A stretch of 53,347 bases of DNA from positions 1 through 53,347 of the forward strand of contig JBDHDE010000018.1 in the NCBI GenBank assembly GCA_039591655.1, read 5' to 3'. Made by a program: the position numbers and the translations under genes. This document shows, piece by piece, positions 8,613-16,112 of the stretch. Origin of the DNA: Gemmatimonadota bacterium (GTDB lineage: Bacteria; Gemmatimonadota; Gemmatimonadetes; Gemmatimonadales; GWC2-71-9). The notes under the pieces are model-generated. The model did no database searches. It worked only from the letters and a program-made list of their open reading frames with translations, and was not told the origin of the DNA. Position 1 is the first letter of the stretch. Each line of letters starts with the position of its first letter.

Positions 8613-9727
8613 TCGAGCGACCGGTCGTGCGGCCGGTGGAATCGGCCCGCGACCTCGAGCGCTTCATCGCTTTTCCATACAGACTGCACCGGGGGGATCC
8701 GATATGGGTCCCCCCGTTGCGTATGACCGTGCGCACCCTGCTCTCCCGTGAGAAGAACCCGTTCTTCCAGCATGCCGAGGCGCAGTACTTCCTGGCGGAG
8801 GGCAACGGAAAGGTCGTCGGCCGCATCGCCGCCATCCACAACCGGGCCCACAACGAGTTCCACGAGGATCGGGTGGGCTTCTTCGGCTTCTTCGAGTGCG
8901 TGGATGATCAGGCCACTGCCGATGCCCTCTTCGAGGCGGCCGCATCGTGGTTGCGGGAGCGTGGCCTCACCACCATGCGGGGCCCGACGTCCTTCTCTAC
9001 GAACGACGAGTGCGGCCTGACCGTGGACGGATTCGACACGCCGCCCACGATCATGAACCCCCACAACCCACCGTACTACGTGGATCTGGTGGAGCGCGCC
9101 GGATTTGCGAAGGCGATGGACATGCACCAGTTCCGCACGGTGAGCCCGGATCTCCCCGAGCGTCTCCTCAAGGGGGCGCGGCTCATCAGCGAGCGCAAAG
9201 GCATCCGGCTGCGGCAGATGGACATGAAGCGCTTCAAGCAGGAGGTGGACCGCATCAAGCCGATGTACAACGCGGCGTGGGAGAAGAACTGGGGCTTCGT
9301 CCCGATGACGGATGCGGAGATCGACCACCTTGCGAAGGAACTGAAGCCGGTGGTGGTGCCGCGGCTGGTGGTGTACGCCGAGCGCGAGGGGGAGCCCATT
9401 GGGTTCGCGCTCGCCGTGCCCGACTTCAACGTGGCGCTGCAGGCCAACCCATCGGGCCGGGTGTTCCCCGGGATTCTACGAGTTCTCTGGGCGTCCCGCA
9501 GGATAAAGCGCATCCGCATTCTGGCGCTGGGCCTCCTCAAGGAATACCGCCGGACGGGGGCGGACGCCCTCATGTATCACTGGATCTGGGAGAAAGCCTA
9601 CGGATTGGGGTACCGCTGGGCGGAAGCGGGGTGGATTCTGGAGGACAACGCCCCAATGGCCAATGCGCTCGTGCGCATGGGCTTCGAAGCGTACAAGACG
9701 CTGCGGCTGTACGACCGCCCCCTGTGA
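8609..9727 (+). CDS. Bacterial ceramide synthase-like GNAT N-acyltransferase (bCerS family)
   Basis: True start TTG overlapping the spt stop (TTGA); motifs DPIWVPPL, KNPFFQH, GRIAAI, GFFGFFEC, MNPHNPPYY, WEKNWGFVP, WILEDN. Confidence 0.8.
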   Translation: MIERPVVRPVESARDLERFIAFPYRLHRGDPIWVPPLRMTVRTLLSREKNPFFQHAEAQYFLAEGNGKVVGRIAAIHNRAHNEFHEDRVGFFGFFECVDDQATADALFEAAASWLRERGLTTMRGPTSFSTNDECGLTVDGFDTPPTIMNPHNPPYYVDLVERAGFAKAMDMHQFRTVSPDLPERLLKGARLISERKGIRLRQMDMKRFKQEVDRIKPMYNAAWEKNWGFVPMTDAEIDHLAKELKPVVVPRLVVYAEREGEPIGFALAVPDFNVALQANPSGRVFPGILRVLWASRRIKRIRILALGLLKEYRRTGADALMYHWIWEKAYGLGYRWAEAGWILEDNAPMANALVRMGFEAYKTLRLYDRPL

Positions 9728-10731
9728 GAGCCTTCGTCACGGGAGCCACCGGCTTCGTCGGGTCTCATCTCGTCGAGGCGCTCCTCGATCGCGGCGCCGA
9801 GGTCGCGTGCCTCGTGCGCGACCCCGCCAAGAGCGCCCGCCTCTTCCCCACCCTGGCCCCACAGACCGTCATCGGCGACCTCTCCAACGAGCGGGCGCTG
9901 CGCGACGGGATGGAGGGAGCGGACGTCATCTTCCACCTGGCCGGGATCACTGCCGCCCGATCCCCTGAGGAGTTCTTCGCAGTCAACGATCGCGCCACCC
10001 GGCGGGTGTTGGACTGCGCCACCCGCGCCGCTCCCGGCCTCGACCGCTTCGTGTACGTGAGCAGTCTGGCAGCCGCCGGGCCCACGGTCCGTGGACGAGC
10101 GCTGACCGAAGCGGATCCGGCGAGACCCGTGAGCGCCTACGGGGCAGCCAAGCTCGCGGCCGAGAACGCCGTGCGGGAAGGAGCGCTCCCGTGGACCGTG
10201 CTGCGGCCGCCGGCGGTCTACGGGCCGCGCGACGTGGAGCTACTGCGGCTGTTCAAGTTCGCGCGCTGGGGCATCGCACCGGTGTTCGGCGACGGGAGGC
10301 AGGAGCTGACGGCCATCCACGTGCGGGACCTCGTGGAGGCCATGCAGGCAGTGGTCGCTGCGACCGGTGCTGCCGGCGGGACCTACTTCGCGACGTACGC
10401 GGAGGTGGTGACGGCGGAGACCCTGGTACGGCAGATCCACTCTGCCGTCCGCGCCGCCGTGGGGAAGCCGGACGACGAGGGCGGCGCGCCATGGGTATTG
10501 CGCCTCCCGCACTGGGCCACCCGAGCCTTTCTGACCGTGAGCGGCACAGCGGCCCGCCTGACCGGACGGGCAACGGTGCTCTCACCGGACAAGGGAGACG
10601 AGTTGCTGGCTGAGTCCTGGAGCTGCTCACCCGCGGCCCTCGAGCGCGACACCGGATGGCGTGCCAGCACTCCATATGCCGAGGGATTGGCTGAGACGGC
10701 GCGCTGGTATCACGAACACGGGCTTCTATGA
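9724..10731 (+). CDS. NAD-dependent epimerase/dehydratase-type SDR; putative ceramide or 3-ketosphinganine reductase (CerR-like role)
   Basis: GTGA overlap start; VTGATGFVG Rossmann motif, SS, YGAAK (YxxxK), LRPPAVYGP; third gene of the spt operon. Confidence 0.78.
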   Translation: MRAFVTGATGFVGSHLVEALLDRGAEVACLVRDPAKSARLFPTLAPQTVIGDLSNERALRDGMEGADVIFHLAGITAARSPEEFFAVNDRATRRVLDCATRAAPGLDRFVYVSSLAAAGPTVRGRALTEADPARPVSAYGAAKLAAENAVREGALPWTVLRPPAVYGPRDVELLRLFKFARWGIAPVFGDGRQELTAIHVRDLVEAMQAVVAATGAAGGTYFATYAEVVTAETLVRQIHSAVRAAVGKPDDEGGAPWVLRLPHWATRAFLTVSGTAARLTGRATVLSPDKGDELLAESWSCSPAALERDTGWRASTPYAEGLAETARWYHEHGLL

Positions 10732-11582
10732 CCTGGCTCAAGCATCTTAACCTGGTGGACAAGCTCATCGCCGCGTACCTCGCGTTCGTGACGGTGATGG
10801 CCCTGGCGCGACTGGGGATTGCCGACCGGACGACCTTGTGGATCGTACTGGCGCATGGGCTCACGGCGGTGCTGCTCTACCTGTTCGCACGGCTGCGCCC
10901 GGAGGACCGCACGGGAAAGGTGATACACGATCTCTATCCCCTGCTCCTGATCCCGGCGCTCTACACCGAGCTAGCGTTTCTCAACCTCGGGCTCGGCCTC
11001 GAAGCAGTCTTCGCCAATGATGCGATCGTTCAGGGTTGGGATGAGGCGTTGTTCGGCGAGCAAGTCTCCTACACCTGGATCCGCCGCTCGCCCTCGGTCT
11101 TCTGGTCCGGCCTACTGCACGTGGCGTACGTGACCTATTACCCCATCGTATACCTGGGCCCCATCTTGCTCGTCGCCCGGCGGCGGCAGCAGAGCGCACG
11201 GCAGGTGCTCCTGGCCACGATGATAGCCTACCTGACCTGCTACACGGTGTTCATCCTGTTCCCGGTGGCGGGACCCAACTTCGCCTTCGACCACCCGACG
11301 GGACCGGTGCGTGAGGTGTGGAGCGCGCGGATGGTGTATGGACTGCTGGGCGCGGGATCGTCGGTGGGCACGGCCTTCCCCTCCTCCCACGTCGCGGCCA
11401 CCTTCGCCGCCGTGTTCGCCAACTGGCGTGAGTGGCGGCTGCTGGCAGCCATCTTCATCGTGCCTGCCACGTTCATGGCCGTTGCGACGGTGTACTGCCA
11501 GATGCACTACGCGGTCGATGCCCTCGCCGGCCTAATCATCGCCGTGCTGATCTTCCTCATGGGCAGCCGACTCAAAGCCTAA
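10728..11582 (+). CDS. Multi-pass PAP2-superfamily protein, Aur1/inositol-phosphorylceramide-synthase-like
   Basis: ATGA overlap; about 7-8 hydrophobic segments; FPVAGP, AFPSSH and HYAVD catalytic motifs. Confidence 0.8.
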   Translation: MTWLKHLNLVDKLIAAYLAFVTVMALARLGIADRTTLWIVLAHGLTAVLLYLFARLRPEDRTGKVIHDLYPLLLIPALYTELAFLNLGLGLEAVFANDAIVQGWDEALFGEQVSYTWIRRSPSVFWSGLLHVAYVTYYPIVYLGPILLVARRRQQSARQVLLATMIAYLTCYTVFILFPVAGPNFAFDHPTGPVREVWSARMVYGLLGAGSSVGTAFPSSHVAATFAAVFANWREWRLLAAIFIVPATFMAVATVYCQMHYAVDALAGLIIAVLIFLMGSRLKA

Positions 11583-11606
11583 AGCACGTCTCACGATCAC
11601 CCAGTG

Positions 11607-12746
11607 CTAGTCGTGTTGGTGACCGGCAGGCTCCGCCGGGGCAGCGCCCGGCTCCATCGCCATGATCTCCTCGTAGCGGCCGCGCACCTCGCGCAGGTAG
11701 TGCGCCCGGTCGAGCTGATACAGCTCGTCGGCGACGTCCACCCGCGGCCACATCATCGACTCACCAGGCATGAAGACCCCCGCCACCAGACCCATTCCGC
11801 CCGAGCGTAGGGTATCGGCAAATGGATTATGGTACATGACGCTCACCCGATAGACGTGATCCGGCTTGATGCGGGCGCCCAACGTGCGGTACAGGTGGCC
11901 GATGGTGACGCCCACGACCTTCTCGCCCTCGTCGGTGAGGGCCCGGCCCTCCCAGATGACCTCGTTCTCCGTCACGTCCTCGAACGTGATACCGGTGGCG
12001 TACTCGTGGAGATGGCCGCCGATGACCATGATCCGCCCCGCCATGGCAGGGCTGGCCTCGTAGGCAAACGTGGACTCCCCTGGCGGGAGATCGAATGCTT
12101 TGTCTCCTGCCGGGAACCCGACGTCTAGTTGGAAGGGATAGACGTTGGCCAACGGCCAGGGTCGACCCGGCCTCACGTACTTGAGCGCGACCCGCACCGT
12201 GACACCCGGTTGGTCGACTGCCGTGGGGTTGTGCAGCATTGCCGAGACCACCATTCGCATCCCCTCAGCCACCGGATAACCCATCAGGAGCCAGGGCATC
12301 GACTGGTCGCCCGTCTCCTTCCCCACCGCCAGCATCCGCTGGGAGATCGGGAGGAAGAGCTCGCGGTTGTCCGGGTTGATCAGATTGAAGTGGTGCACGA
12401 AGTCCGTGGGCAGCGGGGCGCCGTCCCGGTCCAGCACCTCGTATGAGAAGCCGTACAGGTAGCCGCTCGTGGGAACGCGCAATTCGGTGACCGGCGGGAA
12501 GACCGCGCCGTGGCCGCCGTGCCCTCCATGATCGCCTTGGCTTTCCTGCCGGTTCGGATTGGCCGCCTCGTCGGCCACCATGGCGCCGGCGGGAAGGTCG
12601 ATCGGCCCGATGAGCACCACGAACTCCCTGGCGTCCTCGTCGTGGACCAGGCGAACCATGCTCTCGGACTCCTGCGCCGCGCCGACCCGTACGGCGACGG
12701 CGAGCGCCAGACCCAGCGCCGCGATTCTCCAAACCTTCGACATCAT
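11607..12746 (-). CDS. Exported protein with copper type II monooxygenase (PHM/DBH)-like His/Met motifs
   Basis: Start reassigned to MMSKVWR (GAGGAG RBS, signal peptide ending GAA-Q); VHHFNL, MLHNP, GGHLHEY, GGMG motifs; His-rich HGGHGGHG loop. Confidence 0.55.
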   Translation of the reverse strand: MMSKVWRIAALGLALAVAVRVGAAQESESMVRLVHDEDAREFVVLIGPIDLPAGAMVADEAANPNRQESQGDHGGHGGHGAVFPPVTELRVPTSGYLYGFSYEVLDRDGAPLPTDFVHHFNLINPDNRELFLPISQRMLAVGKETGDQSMPWLLMGYPVAEGMRMVVSAMLHNPTAVDQPGVTVRVALKYVRPGRPWPLANVYPFQLDVGFPAGDKAFDLPPGESTFAYEASPAMAGRIMVIGGHLHEYATGITFEDVTENEVIWEGRALTDEGEKVVGVTIGHLYRTLGARIKPDHVYRVSVMYHNPFADTLRSGGMGLVAGVFMPGESMMWPRVDVADELYQLDRAHYLREVRGRYEEIMAMEPGAAPAEPAGHQHD

Positions 12747-12849
12747 GCTCCTCGTTGCGCAGTGGTAAGCGCTAATGCAACCACGGACCCACCGGGAAAG
12801 CAAGCCCAGAGCCTTGAATTTTCCGGTCAATGGGAGACATTGAAGGACC

Positions 12850-13254
12850 ATGCGTTGGTCCATCGTAATGACGGCAGGGATCTTGTGGGGGGCTGTGGCA
12901 TGCGTCCCGGGGAGCCCCATCTATGTCGGCCCCCCACTCGTGACTCTCGAGGGGCACGTGTACGTCTTCGAGTGGCGTGCGCCGATTCCCTACGCCGAGG
13001 TGTGCGTCTTCGGCGCCGATACACTATGCGTGGAGGCGGACCGTAACGGACAGTACAGGGCCGAGATGCGGCGATCCATGCTGCTCGAAGGAGGGGCGGT
13101 GACCGTGCGCTTCCGGATCCAACGTCTGGCCCCCGCGTACACCACACTCCACGGCCTGGAGCCCGGCGAGAAGACCACCGTGAACTGCGCCATCAGCAAC
13201 CGCCTGACCCTCAGCAATGCGCCGATGGAGTGCCTGCCCGCGCCAGACCGCTAG
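12850..13254 (+). CDS. Hypothetical lipoprotein (carboxypeptidase-regulatory-like beta domain possible)
   Basis: AAGGA RBS; lipobox AVA-C; LEGHVY..PIPYAEVCV..ADRNGQY pattern; four further Cys. Confidence 0.6.
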   Translation: MRWSIVMTAGILWGAVACVPGSPIYVGPPLVTLEGHVYVFEWRAPIPYAEVCVFGADTLCVEADRNGQYRAEMRRSMLLEGGAVTVRFRIQRLAPAYTTLHGLEPGEKTTVNCAISNRLTLSNAPMECLPAPDR

Positions 13255-13258
13255 CCCG

Positions 13259-14047
13259 ATGCCAGTACCGCCGCCGTGCACCCGCCTCGGCAGACACTGC
13301 CGGGAGCTGACCGTAACCGTCCGCATCGCCGATCTGGACGACGACAGTCAGACGCTGCGGGATGCCGCGGCCACCTGGCTGCTGGCACACACCGAGCGGA
13401 TCACCATGGGCAAGCCGTACATCGAGGGCGACGAGCTCCTGGTGGACGCCACGGTTCATGTGCAGTGCAAGTACCTCACGACGGTAGGCGCAGCGCCGGA
13501 TGGGAGACGCGCCCCGGTGCGCTGCGCGGCTCACGGCTTCCGCGGCCGCATGCCTTCCAGCACCCAGCAGTCGCCGGAGGAGCGGGCCGCCTTGCGCCGG
13601 GGCAACGGAGCGTTCTCCGTCGTTTACAGGGGCCGGCAGCGGGTGCTCGATCTTCCGGTCAAGCGGGCTGCCCGGCGGGCCTTGCCCGTCGTGCAGAACC
13701 ACAACCCCTGCATAGACGCTCCCTGCCGCACGGGGGACAACAAGCAGGGAGCCGCCTGCTGCCGGGATCTCACCCTGGAGATCGCCCTGCCGGAGTCCGC
13801 CACGCGGATGGAGGCCCTGCTGAAGGCCCGGAAGTCGCCGTACCTCTGCAAGGTGACCCGGGAGGGTGACGACACGGTGGAGGCAGAGGTGATCTCGGCA
13901 TGCGGATACCTGGAGCGCGACGGCATCACCTGTGGGCTGCACGACCGGACTCTGCCCAACGGACGCCTTGCCAAGCCGTCCATATGTATGGAGTGGCCCG
14001 ACCTCGGTCCGGATGACGAGGGGCATCCCGGATGTCGGCTCACCTGA
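13259..14047 (+). CDS. Cys-rich YkgJ-like (zinc/iron-chelating) protein with two related domains
   Basis: C-x6-C..CKYL..CAAHG followed by C-x4-C..ACC..CGYL..CGLH..KPSICMEWP. Confidence 0.6.
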   Translation: MPVPPPCTRLGRHCRELTVTVRIADLDDDSQTLRDAAATWLLAHTERITMGKPYIEGDELLVDATVHVQCKYLTTVGAAPDGRRAPVRCAAHGFRGRMPSSTQQSPEERAALRRGNGAFSVVYRGRQRVLDLPVKRAARRALPVVQNHNPCIDAPCRTGDNKQGAACCRDLTLEIALPESATRMEALLKARKSPYLCKVTREGDDTVEAEVISACGYLERDGITCGLHDRTLPNGRLAKPSICMEWPDLGPDDEGHPGCRLT

Positions 14048-14072
14048 CCTCCGGCCGCGGCAGATAACCGCC

Positions 14073-15227
14073 ATGGGCTTCGCTCAGACCGTCCCCGAGA
14101 TCTCTCCTGGCGACCTCGCCCGCGCACTCGAGGCGGGCCAGGCCGTCCAGGTCCTAGACATCCGTGCCGCGGTGCGGGTGGCGGCGGGGCGTATCGACCT
14201 CGCGCCCGAGAACCGATTCCACAACATCGTGGGCTCACAGCTGGTGACGGCGGGATCCCCCGATCGCATGGGGCTTGATCCCGGCCTCCCCGTGGCAGTG
14301 GTGTGCGGTCACGGGAACGACAGCAAGCATGCGGCGCTCTACCTCAACTATTTGGGATTCCAGGCCAGCTCGCTGCGGGGCGGGATGGCGGGATGGATGC
14401 AGCTCGCGATGCAACGGGACCTGCCGCCGCCGTCGTCGTTGGATCACCTGGTACAGTTCGACCGTGTGGGCAAGGGGGCCCTGGGATATCTCCTGGTGAG
14501 CGACGGCGCCGCCTTCATCATCGACCCGCCGCGGGATCCCAGCGCCTACCTGGCCGCTGCTGCCGAGGCCAGCGCCAAGGTCGTGGGGGTCGCCGACACC
14601 CACTGCCACGCCGACTACCTGAGTGGCGGTCCCGCTCTGGCGGCGGCCCTGGAGGTCCCCTACTACCTGCACCCCGCCGACAGCAGCTACCCCTACGACG
14701 GAACGCCGGGACGGCTCAGCATTCGGGAGCTGACCGACGGCAGCGAGATTGCCCTGGGGCGCGCCTCCGTGCGCGCGAGCCACACTCCGGGACACACGGA
14801 AGGCAGCGTGACGTTCCTGGTGGACGACGAGGCCGCCTTCACCGGTGACTTCATCTTCGTGGCGTCAATCGGACGGCCCGATCTCGCAGGCAAGACCGCA
14901 GAATGGACCGAGCAGCTATGGGCCTCCCTGGGGCGGGCGCGGGACCAGTGGGACGCCGATCTCGCTGTCTATCCGGCGCACTATGCCGTCGAGGAAGAGC
15001 GCAACCCGGATCGCTCGGTGGGGGCACGCATGGGCGACCTGCTGCAGCGCAACGAGCCCCTGGGAATGACGGACCACGATGCCTTCGTGCACTGGGTTCT
15101 GAGCCGGACGGGCGAATTCCCCGAGGCCTACCGCAAGATCAAGGCGGCCAATGTGGGACTGTTGGAGGTGAGCGAGCTGGAGGCAGAGGAGCTGGAAGTG
15201 GGACGCAACGAGTGCGCGCTGGGGTAG
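14073..15227 (+). CDS. Rhodanese-MBL-fold hydrolase fusion (persulfide dioxygenase/YrkH-like)
   Basis: N-terminal rhodanese (LDIR, VVCGHG, SLRGGMAGW); DTHCHADYLSG, HTPGHT, TGDFIF..GRPDL, YPAH; C-terminal NECA. Confidence 0.85.
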   Translation: MGFAQTVPEISPGDLARALEAGQAVQVLDIRAAVRVAAGRIDLAPENRFHNIVGSQLVTAGSPDRMGLDPGLPVAVVCGHGNDSKHAALYLNYLGFQASSLRGGMAGWMQLAMQRDLPPPSSLDHLVQFDRVGKGALGYLLVSDGAAFIIDPPRDPSAYLAAAAEASAKVVGVADTHCHADYLSGGPALAAALEVPYYLHPADSSYPYDGTPGRLSIRELTDGSEIALGRASVRASHTPGHTEGSVTFLVDDEAAFTGDFIFVASIGRPDLAGKTAEWTEQLWASLGRARDQWDADLAVYPAHYAVEEERNPDRSVGARMGDLLQRNEPLGMTDHDAFVHWVLSRTGEFPEAYRKIKAANVGLLEVSELEAEELEVGRNECALG

Positions 15228-15246
15228 CGGCCGCGCACGACCGATC

Positions 15247-16008
15247 TCACGGCGTATAGCTCACCAGCAGCTCCCCCCGTACCGGGCGCCCCTCAACGGT
15301 GCGGGCGGGATAGAACACCCACTGGCGCAGCCGCTCCAGGAGAGCGTTGCGGAACGTTGCATCCCCGATGGACGGCTCGATCTCCACCTGCGTAACCCGA
15401 CCGCGGCGGTCTACCCAGAAATGGAGCGTGAACTGGCGCCCCTTGATCGATGGGGGGGCCTGCTCGAACGGGTAGAGAACGGCCCGCGGCTCCGGCGCGA
15501 GTGCAACGCCCCCGCCACCTGATCCGGGCCCGGAGTGCCGGCCCACACCGGTTCCCTGCCCCGAGCCCACGCCCCCACCGCTCCCCGTGCCCGTGCCCGG
15601 TCCCACACCGGTGCCCGAGCCGGCGCCATCCGCCTCGATGACCACAACCCGGCGGGGCTGTCGGGGAAGCTCCAGCTGCGCGCTCTCCGGAGGGAGGGTC
15701 TCCAACTCCGGATGGGGGAGGCTCAGAGCGGTCTGTGCCGGCTCGGGCTCGGGAGCACGTGTCGTCGGCGCCGAGGCCGGTGCCGGCGGAAGCTCGATGT
15801 ACTGAATCCGGCCACTCCCGCCGCCCCCGCCGCCGCCAACGGGCCCCGGACCGGTGCCATCTCCGGCGTAGGCCCCCAGGGCGCTGCCACCCACGACCAG
15901 CAGAACGATGGCGGCGCCGTGCATGGCAGCCGACAGTCCCACGCCGGCACCATAGCGGCGATCGGACCGGGGCGGGAGGACGGTCGGTTTGCGTCTCAGT
16001 CGAGCCAT
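15247..16008 (-). CDS. TonB-like energy transducer protein
   Basis: N-terminal TM with S-x3-H (SAAMH), Pro-rich and Gly-rich linkers, TonB C-terminal-like domain (FWVDRRGRV..WVFYPARTVEGRPV). Confidence 0.65.
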   Translation of the reverse strand: MARLRRKPTVLPPRSDRRYGAGVGLSAAMHGAAIVLLVVGGSALGAYAGDGTGPGPVGGGGGGGSGRIQYIELPPAPASAPTTRAPEPEPAQTALSLPHPELETLPPESAQLELPRQPRRVVVIEADGAGSGTGVGPGTGTGSGGGVGSGQGTGVGRHSGPGSGGGGVALAPEPRAVLYPFEQAPPSIKGRQFTLHFWVDRRGRVTQVEIEPSIGDATFRNALLERLRQWVFYPARTVEGRPVRGELLVSYTP

Positions 16009-16112
16009 GGTCAACTAGTATACCCGCCGTGGTGCCGGGATGTCCCCTGGCCGGGAGTCAATGCAGCGCACGTCAGGAGCCCCAAGAAGGTTCAGCACCA
16101 AGCGCACCGGCG

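Noticed and set aside
12814..12830. TTGA-N9-TCAA inverted repeat as an FNR/CRP box
   Set aside because: Spacing and core do not fit TTGAT-N4-ATCAA; a 4-bp arm is not significant.
15500..15860. Gly-rich GxG repeats as collagen-like or repeat element
   Set aside because: Low-complexity linker within the TonB-like protein; not Gly-X-Y periodic.
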